Origin: the human T2T-CHM13v2.0 reference genome, Homo sapiens
NCBI RefSeq assembly: GCF_009914755.1
Contig: NC_060926.1
Strand: one strand, 5' to 3'
Length of the DNA stretch: 64,000 bases
The notes beneath the pieces were generated by a model. That model saw only the letters and a list, made by a program, of their open reading frames with translations. It was not told the DNA's origin and did no database searches. Shown here in pieces: positions 11,798 through 28,419 of this stretch; the stretch's first letter is position 1; each line of letters starts with the position of its first letter. Position numbers and translations under genes: made by a program.

Positions 11798-12643
11798 ACG
11801 TGCTGTGATGAGCAGTTGCCTCCCCCTCCTTTCGTGTCTTCGTGCCTCCTCACGTATTCTTACAAGTAGAATTGCTACATTAGGAATATGCATATTTGTA
11901 AAGTATTTACTATTTATTATGTCAGCTAGGTTTTAACTGTCACTGCATTTGCTGTGAATTATAGGTAATTATTCATCCTGATGACCATTTAAAAAAGAAG
12001 AACAATATTATTAGGTAGAAATAGTCCCTGGCTCCCCGGTTGCCCACCGTGACTATAACAGCATATCTAGCTTGGTAGTTTTCAAATTATTTCCACGTTT
12101 TATTTACTTCTCACAGCCTCCCTGTGGGGTTGCAGGTGCTTCTCCACTCCTCCACTGACAAGGTGCCTGAGGCTCAGAGAGGCTGAGAAATGTGCTCTGG
12201 GCTGCACAGCTGGGGATGAGGCGTAGACCCTGGCCCTGCTCTGTTCTGGGCTCTTTCTCCTCCACTCTGGCCTTTGGAGGCTGTGGCTAAGATCTTCCCC
12301 CAGCCCCTTCCTTCCCACCTTCCCTTCCTGCTCTTGTGCCCCGTTTTTCACAGTCCTCAGTGGCTGGTTTCTCAGTCCCCCAGGAGGTGCAGGCTGGTTC
12401 TTAGGAATGGTCTCTGTCAATGTTCCCGGCAGTACCTCCGAGCCTGCCCTCTGAGGATGGGTCGGCCATGGCTGCGCCGGCTTAGTCTGTATTTAGGTAT
12501 CACTGACTATCACTGGACTTGGGGAGGGGATTTACTATTTTTAGAGAAAGTCAGGGGAGCTCCATAAATCCTGTTAGTCAACAGAACTGCAGAGAGGTGG
12601 CTGTTTATGAAGGAGAGTGACTTTTTTAGAAGTGGCGCATTTA

Positions 12644-12880
12644 GAAGACCACATATTCTATCATTCTGTGTACATGAGCGGTGCAGAATAGGCAATTCTA
12701 AAGAGACAGAAAATAGATTCGTGATTGCAGGGAGTGGGGAGGAGGGATGGGAAGCGACTCCTAAGGGGCACGGGGTTTCTTCTGGGGGTAATGAAAAGCG
12801 TTCTGGAATTAGATAGTGGTGGTGGCTGTAGGACCTGGTGAATAATAAACTGAAAATCACTGAATCGTACCCCTTAAAAA
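12644..12880 (+). mobile_element. L1MB-like 3' UTR fragment
   Basis: 'cagaataggcaattctaaagagacagaaaatagatt...ttctggaattagatagtggtggtgg'. Confidence 0.8.
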
Positions 12881-12909
12881 CACACAAAGCAAATTGACAA
12901 ATTATTGGG

Positions 12910-13075
12910 AGGCAACATAAGAGAATGGGGTGTGAACTTTGGATCAGTGCGGCCTGGATATCAGCTGTGTGGTGTTCAAATAGATTGCATAACCTCGTTG
13001 AGTCTCAGTCTTCCCATCTGTGAAGTAGGGATCATTCCTACTTCGTAGGGTTGGCATGAGACTCCGTGAGATGAA
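12910..13075 (+). mobile_element. MIR fragment
   Basis: 'aacctcgttgagtctcagtcttcccatctgtgaagtaggg'. Confidence 0.65.
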
Positions 13076-13722
13076 GTTGGTGGGTCACTTGGCTGGGGCA
13101 GGTGTCACGGAGCGGGACCTGTGATTGTTCAGCCACCTACTCTGTGCCCAGTGCTGTGTTGGTGACCAGGTATGTATGAAGTCAGTAAGCCACAGTCCTG
13201 AGTTATGGTGCAGACCCCACATGCACCCAGAGTCAGCTTGGCAAGACCCCTTGACACCACGTGCGTGGAGGGTGCAGGTCGGAGAGCTCACCTCCATGGA
13301 TTCCGTAGAGCTTTGAGGCGTATCCACAAAGTGTCCAGGAGAGGTGGCGTCGCCTCCACTTGATAGAGGAAAAAGCAGAGATGGAGGCAGCCAGAAGCAT
13401 GGTGCAGTGGTGGGGTTTGGTCATTAATTTGATAATCACATGGAATACAAGCTAATGTTTATTGAGTACTTACTGCCTGCCCGCTACTGTAACTAAGTGC
13501 TTTACTCCTGTTATCTCATTTAATTCTCAAAGCAGCCCTGTGGCACTGAGGTGGCTGGAGATGGAGGGATGTGTGGCTGCCATGTGTTTGCCAGGAAGCA
13601 GCAGGATGGGAGTGAGGGCACAGACAGACACACATGCCAGGACTTGTTTGCACGAAGCTGAGGAATGGGTGCCCATCATTCATTATACTCATCTCTCTGT
13701 TTTATGTATATTTGAAAAAAAA

Positions 13723-14261
<539 letters not shown>

Positions 14262-15728
14262 TAGGTCCTCTTATTTGTGCTTTACAGATGGGGAAATTGA
14301 GGCTCAGAGCATGTAAGATTACACAGCAAGATTCGGAGATAGCTCGCCATGTTCATGCCCGGCAGGACGTAGCAACAGGGCTGGCGAAACGGAGGCCCCA
14401 GGCTTGTGGGCCTCCTGGGGTTCCTGTGCGTTGAGGCCTGAGCCCCTGCGTGCGCCCAGCGGAGCCAGCACTCTCCCTGTGGTCCTACTGGGCATCACAG
14501 GTGTGTATGTGAGGGGTATGGGGAGGGGATTCTTGGTTAGTCTGGGCTTCATGACATTGGGATGAGTTCTTTCACTTGGTTTTGTTGATCTGGTAAAATC
14601 TGTGGTCCTGTGATATCACCTTGCTTCTCATAGTATGAGCCTTCAACATTTGGCCTCAGTGGTGGGGTGTGCCTGCACCGCCTTCCCCCATCCCTGCCTC
14701 GGCTCCTCCCCACAACAAAGCGGAAGGAAGACATAGACCCAAGGGTGCACTTCAGCCCCTCAACCAGCTGTGTGGCTTTGGAGAAGCGGCTTAACATCTC
14801 TGATCCCAGTTACCTTTCTTGAACGGGAAAGATATCAATGCTTCCTTCACTGATTACTGGAGCTTCTTGGTGTGCAGTGTCTAGGCTGCTTTCTAACCAT
14901 GTAAGGTGTAGCCACAGTATTGTAGGACCTGTTGCTAAGAACTGTGCCACTATCTTGATAAACATGTTTTCCAGGGACTGGTGGTGGAATGTTCTAGTTA
15001 TTAATGTGCCTTTAACGTTGGATGACTCAGAATATCCCTCAGATAGTAGGAATAGGTAGCTTTGAGAGGTCATCTGTAGGAGGGCGCAGGAACATCCCAG
15101 GAGGGGGTGTCATACCTGTTGGCACCATGGGGATGCAGGCTCAGAGGGGACTGAACTTTCCAGGGCCACGCAGTCTGTAAGCGGCAGAGCTGGGACGCAA
15201 CCCCAAGCTTGCTGCTCTCAAAGCTTTGCTTTCAAACTCTCACTTCAGACATCAGGGCTTCCTTTCAGACTGAGTCTTATCCCTAAGCACTGTTGGAGAA
15301 GAAAGTCTCCAGGCTGCAGGGCCCCGCAGTTCCCCCATATCCCTGCCCTTCCAGCCAGCCCACGCCTGGGGCCTGTCCTCCCCTGTTCCTGAATCCCTGT
15401 CCTGTTACTGCCCTCCGGGTAAGACAGCACTCTTATAATCATGCTTCATGCCGAGTTCATGAAATTAACTCTCAAACTCCTCTTCTCTGGGTTAAATTAT
15501 TTCACTTTTTTCCCTTCCTCATAGAATATCATTATAAATTCTAGATACTATATTGGATATGTAATAAAATCAGAATAAATTACATGTGATGGCCACTGAA
15601 CTAACCTCCCTTCATGTGTCTGGAGGCAGGTTTTCTGTGGAGTTATGCTTTAAATTGGCTGTCCTTCGCGATTTTTCTTAAAGCCTAGGTTGACTACTCA
15701 AGGGTCTAGATTTATGATAGAAACTGTG

Positions 15729-16034
15729 GGCTGGGGTGCAGTGCTGGGGTGCTGGGGTGCCTGTAATCCTAGCACTTTGGGAGGCTGAGGTGGGCGGATC
15801 ATTTGAGCCCAGGAGTACAAAACCATCCTGGGCAACACGGTGAAACCCCATCTCTACAAAAAAATACAAAAATTAGCCAGACACGGTGGTGCATGCCTGT
15901 ACTCGGGAGACTGAAGCGGGAGGATCACCTGAGCCCAGGAAGTCGAGGCTGCAGTGAGTCATGATTGCGCCACTGCACTCCAGCCTGGGCAACAGAGCAA
16001 GACCTTATCTTAAAAGCAACAACAACAACAACAA
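15729..16034 (+). mobile_element. AluJ-like with (CAA)n tail
   Basis: Dimeric Alu sequence. Confidence 0.92.
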
Positions 16035-16436
16035 ATTGTGGCACAAATGTATGCATGGAGGTACTGAGGGCCTTCTTTATAGTAGGCTCAGGAATGACCA
16101 ATGGGTGGGGGCTTTGGGGGAAGAGACGGGGGTCTTTAAGCAGAAACTCTCCCCTCAACACAAGAAAGCTGCTGAAGGACTTCAGAAACCTAAACACGAG
16201 CCGTGGGCCTTTCTAAAGTGGGGAGGGATTCCCTCCTGCCTAGGTTATGTTGCAAGGCTGCCCGAGAGAGGGTGGAAGGGGGCAGGAGAGTGGGCATTGG
16301 CTGGGTCCAACGCTTCCCAAGAGATGTGACTGTCTTAAAAGCAATACCTTCCTGATTACCACGGGAAAAATTCAAATGTTTTGAAAAGATCTACAAGTTT
16401 GGGGTTGAAGAAGTCCTTTATTTCAAAGTTTCTCTG

Positions 16437-16768
<332 letters not shown>

Positions 16769-19249
16769 TCATTTAGATGGAGCGTTTGTGGGATTTAAGA
16801 CAGATTTTTCCTTGCTGAGTGGTTATCATTAACCTGTTGAATAAGCAACAGGCCGAGGTGGGGACCCTGCCTCGCCCGCCTCCAGGGGCACACTGCATTC
16901 TTTGTGGAAGTGTCCCTGGAATGCCACAGCCCTGCTTCTGTGCGAGGCCAGTCAGTCTGGGTCCTGGGATATAGCCACATGTGCAGTCCGTGCCTCCAGC
17001 GCGCAGCCTGAAAGGGAGGCGTGCAGAAACAACGTAGCTCCAAGGAGGACTGATCAGCCCAGCCTGGGGGAGGGTGGGAGGGGACTCCCAGGGAGCGGGG
17101 CTTGTGCTGGACTTTGCAGGATGCCAGACTTTTGGCAGGGGAGGAAATTGAGGTGAAAGCATTCCAGGCCTAGGGAACAGCATGTGCAGAGGTGCTGGCT
17201 GGAGGAACCCCGTGTGTTTGCACTGTGCTCTGAGCTCCCTCTCATGACTCTCATTCTTTCTCGTTGAGTTTTGTTTTGTCACCCAGCCGGACTCCTGGGC
17301 AAAGAGAGGCACAATCTGTTCCCGGTTGGGCCAGCTGCCCTCCAGTAGCTACGCAGGATGCTCTGGCCGGCCTCTGAGGATTCTCTTCTTCTGTCCATCT
17401 CATGGCTGAAGACCAAGGCTATGGCCTGTGGGTGGCAGTTGGTACCTCTCCCCGCTGCCTTCCCCCGGCCCCTTTTTGGACAGGATGTTGCTCCCTGGGG
17501 CCTGGCTTTGGAGATGGCCAGTGCTGGTTTGAAGCTTCTGTCTTCTGTGTGGGATATCAGTGCCCTGCCAGCTGTTGCAAGTTTTAAACTCAATGTGCCT
17601 CTGGATGTGTGTGTAGAGTAGGGGTCCTTCCCCAGCTCCAGGCCCTGTGTGTTTCCAAGTGGGCCCGCAGCTCTGATGTGCAGTGGGTATGCACTGGCAA
17701 GCCGTGCACTGTCACAATATTAAAATAACTTCCATGGTAGTTGGTAAATAGCCCCATCACCCCTCTCCTGGGACCCTGGACCTCTAGCACACCATGGAGG
17801 CCTGCCCCGTCCCCATAAAACACACCACATTCAAATTACTTATCTCCTCTTCCCCTGCCACTCTGCTGAGAAGGCTGATCTCAATCCTCGGAGTAATGAC
17901 TCTCTTCTAGGAGCAAGATGATGCTAATTCTCACTAGCATGTGAAGGACTGATAGCACCATATCTCCCTCCAGGACTCCCGGGTGGGAGGTGGGTGTTTG
18001 CATAGGCAGGCAGGTGAGCCAGCCTAGTTTGTCCACAGACTTCCATGCAAGTGATTCCTGCTGTTCCCTGGGTCTTCCTTTCTTTTGCTTCTGAACTTGG
18101 AGGTTTCTTGAAGTCTGGAGGATTTTTAGGGTGGGCATGGCTTTAGGTGGGACCTCCACTATATGGGTTTGCAAGCTGCCACTGCTTTGACTGCAGACAC
18201 TGGATTGACCGTGGCCAATGCCAAGTCCAAGAGATCAGGCTGAAACCAGGCTAAATTTTAAGAGCAGAAACAAAACTCATCCTTGCGAAGGGACTTTTAG
18301 ATCAGTGGCAGATGGCATAGAAAGTCTTTCTGCTGTTCTCTTGTGCTGGGCGTGGCTCAGGGCTGAGGGGAGAGAGGAGAGATGAGGGCAGAAAGAGAAG
18401 AGGGGGCAGGCCTCAGGGATGAACACATGGCCCATGGCTGTGCGCTTCCCAAGCAAGCAGTTCTGGAGTGAGGCTTGGGCCTCCATGCCTCCTGGGAGGC
18501 TGCACCTCTTGGGATATAGAGAACGCTGGCTTCAGACCCGGCAGGAGTACCGGCGGCTGTGTGGTGCATCCTGCACAGAGCTGTTGCTTTCTAACTGGGT
18601 TACTGAGCTGTCGAAGGAGCAGGGATGAAGACTCCCTTATTAAAAACTAAACAAAACACAACACGAAAAAGCCAGAACAAAACAAGCAGACGGTTGAGGA
18701 CTGCAGTGAACTCATTAACCCTACAGCTTTGATCTCGAAGTCTCGGCCGCTCCTGGCTCAGAGGACCCTGGGGACGTGGTCTTTGATGCTTGCTTTCCCC
18801 ATAGGCATCACTTCGACCAGCGTCTGTGTGGGGTGTGCAGCAGCCCTGAGCCAAGGATTAATTACGTAACAAGCCCAGATCCCATCCCTGCCTGAGCAGG
18901 CCATGTGCCAGCAAGGGGGGCCCCGAAGTGCCGCTAGGTGCCTCACGATTAGCATAAGGCCCGTTTATCCAGGAAGCCAGAACCAGTGCACATCTGTTAA
19001 GCGCATGCACCAAGCGGCGATTCCATAGTTGTATAGTGATTGTCTTTATGGAACTCCAGAATAGCTTCTTAGATATCACTCTTCAGGCCCTGAAATGGAG
19101 CCCTGTGCAAAGAAATGAAGAAAAGCTATCGGGGCATCTGCAGCCACTATTATACCATCTGGCAGCTCAGAAATATTTTATAATCAAATGAGTAAGACGG
19201 GCGTCCCACACTCCACAGTACTCTGCTCCCCCTTCCCTTCCTCCCAGGA

Positions 19250-19805
19250 CTTGCTCTGTCTCTGTCTCTTTCTCTGTGTCTGTCTGTCTGTCTCTATGTG
19301 TCTGTTTCTCTCTCCCTCTTTCTGTGTGTGTCTCTCTCTGTGCCTGACTTTCTGTCTCTTTCTGCTTCTCTCTCTGTGTCTGTCTCTGTCTCTCTCTTTC
19401 TGTGTGTGTCTCTCTCTGTGCCTTTCAGTCTCTTTCTGCCTCTCTCTATGTGTCCGTTTCTCTTTCTCTCTGTGTGTCTCTCTCTCTGTGCCTTTCAGTC
19501 TCTTTCTGCCTCTCTCTATGTGTCCATCTCTCTCTCTTTTTCTGTGTGTCTCTCTCTCTGTGCCTTTCAGTCTCTTTCTGCCTCTCTCTATGTGTCTGTT
19601 TCTCTCTCTCTCTCTTTCTGTCTCTCTCTGTGCCTGTCTTGCAGTCTCTTTCTGCCTCTCTCTGTGTGTCTGTCTCTGTCTCTGTATGTGTCTGTCTCTG
19701 TTTCTGTCTGTCTTGCTCTCTCTGTTTCAATCTCTCTATCTCTGTGCCTGCCTGTCTGTCTGTCTCTTTCTTTCTGTCTCTCTGTGTGTGTCTCTCTCTC
19801 CGTCT
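19250..19805. repeat. CT-rich simple repeat with ~70-72-bp higher-order units
   Basis: (CT)/(CTGT)-rich tract; 'cctttcagtctctttctgcctctctctatgtgtc' at 19421, 19491, 19563. Confidence 0.93.
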
Positions 19806-19859
19806 TTGGGACAGACTAGAGGAACCTTTTTCCCAGGAGTGATAATACTGTACTCTGCG

Positions 19860-19990
19860 TTTTTGCCACTTGCTAGCTGGGTGACCTTGGGCGGCTTTCA
19901 AGTTCCCTTATCCTGGGTTTCTTCATTTGTAAAATGGAAGCACTACTTCACAGTGCTGTTGTGTGGGTCAAGATGAGATGAATGTGACCT
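19860..19990 (+). mobile_element. MIR fragment
   Basis: 'ccacttgctagctgggtgaccttgggc...ttcttcatttgtaaaatgg'. Confidence 0.75.
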
Positions 19991-20025
19991 ACTGTGGTAC
20001 TATTTATTATTTGTCCTAGAAAAAC

Positions 20026-20318
20026 TTTTTTTTTTTTTTTGAGACAGGGTCTTGCTGTCACCCAGGCTGGAGTGGTGGCACAATCTTGGCCTACTGCAAC
20101 CTTGACTTCCCAGGCCCAAGCGATTCTCCCACCTCAGCCTCCCAAGAAGCTGGGACTACAGGTGTGAGCCACCACACCCAGCTAATTTTTGTATTTTTTG
20201 TAGAGACAGGGTCTTGCTATGCTGCCTGGGCTGGTCTCGAACTCTTGGGCTTAAGCGATCCTCTCACTTCAGCCTCCCAAAGTGCTAGGATTATAGGCAT
20301 AAGCCACTGCACCCATCC
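20026..20318 (-). mobile_element. AluJ-like
   Basis: Reverse dimer; TSD agaaaaac(tttt). Confidence 0.93.
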
Positions 20319-22729
20319 AGAAAAACTTTTAAAAATTTTGTGTTTTAACTTTTTCTGAATATAAAAGTGATACATGCATGTTCACTGTAAAATAGAAAAT
20401 ATAAAGAAACTAGAAAACTATTTATGACGCCCCTCCCCCACCACAAAAGGGGCAAGGACTGCGAACTTTTGCCGTATTTTGGAAGATTTCCTAAGTCACA
20501 CAAGCACACAGATGGTCTGTTGATCCAAACCAGGAAGAACAATTGTGGGAATAAGTGGAAGTGTGAGTGTGTGGGTGTGTCTGAGTGTGTGCCCTGGGGG
20601 TGTGTGTGTCTGTGTATGTGTGAGAGAGCCAGGCTGTGTGTGTGTGTGTATGCATGCAAACACTTATGTGCAATGCCTTGGGGTCCTCAGACCCCCCTTG
20701 GTCCATCAGGGGCTGGTGGCCTCCCAGTAGGACACTAGCACAGCTGCACTCACGTCCTTCTTTGAGGGGGGGTGACGGGGAGAAAGTTGGGGAGCAGCAG
20801 TGACTGCTGATGTTGTGGGGGCCATGGGGAGCCTCCTGGTATTCTGTCTCGAGGCTCTGGGGATATGGTGGGAGAAGCCCTCATGCCAGAATTGGGAGGG
20901 GATGGAATGGGACTGACCCCATCACAGCCCACGTGCCTCATTCAGGGCTTGGCTGTGGAGTCTTGGGGGAGGTGCTCCCTCATCCTCAAATGTTAACTTT
21001 GTCTGCCTGGCCCCAGTCCCCTCTGTGGCTTTTTTCCTCTTTCAATTGGGAGGCAGTTCTGTCTTAAAGAGATGTTTAACCCTCTAGGTCTCCGTGCAGG
21101 CATTTTTGTTGTGAGCCAGTCAGGCTATAAATGGTCCATTAAAAGCACTGTCCAGTTGACATAACCGGTCTACCAGGCTGAGACCCACAGACCCGGGACT
21201 GGCATTTATTTATGGATATGATGTGCAAGGAGAGTGTTTTCCAGTAGCAGGCGTTGGCATCATCAAACAGAATGAAGTGTACTGTGTTTTCACCATGATA
21301 GTACAAAAACGAGACTGTGAGAGCTTCTCACTTCTCTCCCCTTCCTCCCCTTCCTTCTCCATGTCTTTGTGCTCCTCCACTGCTCCCTCCCCAGCACAGA
21401 CAGGCCCTGGCTCCCTCCCCCCACCCTCTTCCTTCTCTCTCCTTCTAACTGGGGTCAGGACCACCCTGGAGGATGTTAGATTTTAAACATTTGTTCCTCT
21501 TGTCATCCCCACCACCCCACCCACCCACCCAGATTAGTTTCTAAGGGATTTATATTTGTTTGCAGAGTGGTGCGAACTGTTTTCATCCTCAGAGGAGCAG
21601 AGTGCTCATAGATGAGTTTGACATTACTGGGATTCACTTTCAGAAGTCTCTAGAGAGCCCCGCACCGCCCCCGCCCCCCGCAGGTGCTGGAGTTCAGCCT
21701 GACACACAGGCCGGCCTCAGTGAGAGGGAGTGTCTGCCTCCCTGGCATCCGTGACCCATACGGTGGGCGCCTGTTCTTTAGAACAACTTGCTCCTTCCGT
21801 CGTTGGCTTGGTCACCCAGCCCCCGGCCCACCCTTTTCTGAGCCTGTCATCCACACCAGGCAGAGCCCTGTCTCAGAGTCTCATGGGGAGCAGGGCCTTC
21901 AGGGAAGGCCCATGAGCTGGGACTGACTTGGCTCACAGGAATTTCCTGATGGTATAAAATGTGCCCCCCAGCGCCTGATAATGGTCACTTCGCCTAAGTT
22001 CCAGCCCCAGATGTGGACCACGGTGGGGCAAAGGTGGGCGTGGGGAGGAGGAAAGAGGTTTAAAATGGCCACACCCACTACTTCTCCTTTGGAAGTGCCT
22101 CCTGCCACCCTGGGGTCCCAGGAGCTGATCTGTGGGTGTCTGTCCTCAGCACCCACCCTGCTTTTCCTTCAGGCCCCGCTCTGGCTGTCTGGGCCTTTCT
22201 GGTGCTGTTCCTCACAGGTTTAAACACTCCAGCAGCAGCCTTTCCCATGGCACTGTGTCTGCGGGGCGGGGTTGGGCATTTTCTGAGGCTTCCTGTGTTT
22301 CACGGGGATCCAGTATGAAGCCTGGCACGGAGTATGGGCCAAATCGGTTTAATGTTTAGCTCCCCAAACCCTTCACTTCTGTGTCCTCATTAATTCAGAC
22401 AAGGTTGGGTTTAGCAAACTGTGTCTCAAACATAAGAAAATGCAGCGTGGGAATGGGGGAGGGGAGGAGTGCTGTAGAAGGACCATTTCAGAAGCCCTGG
22501 TTTACAGGAGAAAGATTGGTATCTTCATAAGTCACTCTTAAGCTTGCATTTGTTCATGCTTTAACACAGTGATTAGATACCTACTGTAAGCCTAGCATGG
22601 TGGGGATATAAAAGCAAGATCAAGTTCAAGGGGGCAGGGATTTAGGGTCAGTGAGACGGACCTCTTAATCACTTATTTTGTACACATCAGAGCAGTGACA
22701 TTGTGTTTCTTTAAAAATACTAGGGGCCA

Positions 22730-23419
<690 letters not shown>

Positions 23420-23987
23420 TTAGTCCAGCAGCCTGGCTTTCCAAAAGTATGTCTGCCTCTCACGGTGCCCAGTAGCTTTAACCAAAGAGCTCAGGAAAGG
23501 GCCTGTCTGAATTCAATCACATTCAGCATCTATTTCAGCGTTTTACTAGCTTTCAATTAAAGTAGCCACGCATTTGAGCCTGATGGTCTTATTGTTTTAT
23601 GTTGTTCCTTTTGCACATTTCCTGCTTGTTTATCTTTGTGGCACAGGGGCATGTTCTTGGCTGCAGTTAACAATGCTGGCCACGGCAGTGCAGCGTTTCC
23701 AAATTTCTTCCCTTTATTAACAGGCGGTAATGGAATCTGAATCTTCAAAAATAAATTTTACATACTTGTTCTCTACCATAAAAGTCATCCATACTTATTA
23801 GAACGTCTCAAACATACTAAGAGGTAAGAAGGAGACAAAAAATAATATTTTGTCACCCCTGCCCAGGTAACCACTCTTCTATTTGAGTGCTTGTAAGAAG
23901 CCTGCTTTTCCAGTATTATCTGACCTGGCAGGGAGTTGGGTAATTGAAAAAGATTATTAAAGAGGGGATCATAAAAATGATATAGAC

Positions 23988-24492
<505 letters not shown>

Positions 24493-24864
24493 TCAAGTAA
24501 TGTAGGAACTAGCACCAAATCCTTGCCGATTTCATATACCACTGATATTATACAGTTATTTTGTTCATGCCTAATTGAACAGCCATCTTCCCCCAAACAT
24601 TCAACTCTGTTTCATAAAACCAACTCCTTTTAATTCCTCTTCTGAGGGTTTGCATAAAATTTAATTAACTTTGGTAATTACATAAGTACTACTGGTATAA
24701 GCAGGTTTGGAAACAAACGTAACTGAGTCTTGGTGGGCTCAGAGTGCACCTGCCCGAAGGTTCCCACATGCTCTATGCACCCAGAAGGGGACAGAGCATG
24801 CCCCATAGTCCAGGGGCAATTAGGGGAAGCAGCTAATGAAGTCTGCTTTCTTCTGGCCTTTTAA

Positions 24865-25156
<292 letters not shown>

Positions 25157-26032
25157 AAAATTTAAAACACCTGTGCCTCAAAGAATACTGTCAAGAAAGT
25201 GAAGAGACAGCTCACAGAATAGGAGAAAATACTTGCGAATTGTATAGATTCTAGACTTGCATCTAGGATATATAAAGAACTCTTACAACTCAATAATACA
25301 AGACAACCCAGTTAAAAAATGGGCAAAGGACTTGAATAGACGTTTCTCCAAAGATATACAAGTGGCCAAGAAGCACATGACAAGATGCTCAACATCATTA
25401 GTCATGAGGGAAATGCACATGAAAACAACAGCGAGATATCCAGTAAGACTGCTAGAATCAAAAAGTCCTATAAACTCCAGCGGAGATGAGGAAATGGAGA
25501 AGGTGGAACCCTCATACGCTGTTGGTAGGACGAAAATGGTGCAGCCTCTTCAGAAAACAGCCTGGCAGTTCCTCAAAAGCTTAAATCTAGAGTTACCATA
25601 TGACCTAGCAGTTGTACTCCTAGGCATATAAGAATGAAAGAGAAATGAAAACTTACACATAAATGTTTACAGCAGCATTATTCATAGCAGCCAGAAAGTG
25701 AAAATGACCAAAATGTCCATCAACTGATGAATGGATAAACAAAATGTAGTCTATCCATACAATGGAATATCACTGAGCAGTAAAAGGAATGAAGTTGAGA
25801 TTCATGCTACAACATGGACCAACCTTGAAAAGATATGCTAAGTGAATGAAGCCAGTCACAAAAGACCACATATAATACGATTCCATCTATGTGAAATGTC
25901 CAGAATAGGCAAATCTGTAGAGACAGAAAGCAGATTAGTTGTTGCCTGGGGCTGGGACTGGGAGGCTGAGGGGAAATGGGGAGTGGCGGTGAATGGGTAC
26001 ATGGTTTCTTTTGGGGAAGATAAAAATGTTCT

Positions 26033-26848
<816 letters not shown>

Positions 26849-28117
26849 TGAGGGAGGTTCTTGCTTTCCTTTCGCCTGTTTGGGACCTCACTTCCTTTTT
26901 CCCTTCCCCATCCCTTTGTAGCCCCTTCTCAAGAGAGAGAAGACACCTTGATTCCCACCTACGCTCTGCTAAAACTTTTCCGTTCTAGTCTTAAATCTCT
27001 CTCTCTTAAGAACTGATTTCCCAGTAGGGTTTATGTTTGGAGCTAAATTAGTCCTCCTGGAAGCAGTTGACTTCATCCTCCAGCAGCTGTGCCATCAGCA
27101 GAGGCCATGCATGCTGGGGCAAGATCCAGGCCTATCTCTTCCTCTGCAGTCCCCTGGGGACGTCTGGGATCTGGTTCCTTGGTTGGGCCACGCTTAGCTC
27201 TCCTTCGCATGGGTGTCTCAATGCCAGGGTGTCAGGAGAGCTACAGTAGCCAGCTCAGGCCCCCCCAGGGAGAGCTGGGGAGGGAGCTGAGGGCCTGGTG
27301 CCCCCCATCAGGAGGGACCTTTGGAGTCTTTCTTGGCTCTGCCCAGGCCTTCTGAGCACACAGAGATCACTCCAGCCCTCTGCCCTCTCTGTAGCCAAAT
27401 GAAAAGACTCTTCTAGTCTTTCTGGCCAACTAGTAAGCTCTTTGAAGGTGGGTACCATTCTTGACATTAGAAAAAACTCAGAGCCGTTTGGATACTGAAT
27501 ATTTTTGACATGCTCTGGTCACTGAACGAGAAGACTCTTCATGAAAATGATGCTTTGTCAGCTCTGTAGAGAAAGGCGATTGGAATTTTGGTTGACCAGG
27601 TTAGGGTAAGGGAAGAATGAATCCCCAGTGTCCTAAGCTGGCAGGCAGTCGTGCCGATGCAGTTCTCATTTCTGCTGTCAATTTGCCAGGAGACTCAGAA
27701 AAAGGCCGCTATGCCTTTCTGCACCTCAGTTTCCTCATCTGTCAAATGGGCAGTGTTTTGGGCGTGCTGGGCACAGGTTTGTCTGAGAACCAGCTGAGGC
27801 CTGTGTTGCGCATGGGACCTACTATTATTCTTTATAATATTAATACCAAGGACATTTAACACCTGCAACAACAAGAACAAGCACAGTCTCAGAAGGAAAG
27901 CCCGTCCTCTAAAAGAGTGTCTGTAGAGCAGAGAAGCCCCCAGTGCCATCCTTCTCTTTCTGCCAAGCTCCTGTGCCAGTGCTGTCGTGGGGGGCCCTGC
28001 CTGCAGGTGTGGGGATACTGGTTCAGGGCCAGTGGCCCCTGGCAACTGGTTTGTCTTTTAGAGAAGGCAGGACTGAAATGATCAGCTTTCCATGTAGGGC
28101 CAGACTCTGGGCAGGTT

Positions 28118-28419
28118 TCTTTTTAAATTTTTTAAATTTTTTTGAGACAGGATCTTGCTCTCTCACCCAGGCTGGAGTGCAGTGACGTGATCAGGGCTCA
28201 CTGCAGCCTTGACTTCCCAGGCTCAAGCAATCCTCCTGCCTCAGCCTCCCCAGGTAGCTGGGATTACAGGCGTGTGCCACTATGCCCGGCTAATTTTTTT
28301 GAGTTTTAGTAGACGAGGTCTCACTATGTTGCCCAGATTGGTCTTGAACTCTTGGACAATCTTCCCACCTCAGCCTCCCAAAGTTCTGGGATTACAGGCG
28401 TGAGCCACCACACCTGGTC
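28118..28419 (-). mobile_element. AluJ-like
   Basis: Reverse dimeric Alu, followed by a MER58-like fragment (~28422-28490). Confidence 0.9.

Noticed and set aside
19188-19976. 262-aa Leu/Ser/Cys-rich ORF and overlapping ORFs
   Set aside because: Translation of a CT simple repeat that lacks stop codons by composition
25257-25631. ORF with real protein similarity
   Set aside because: Decayed L1 ORF2p C-terminus, not a host gene
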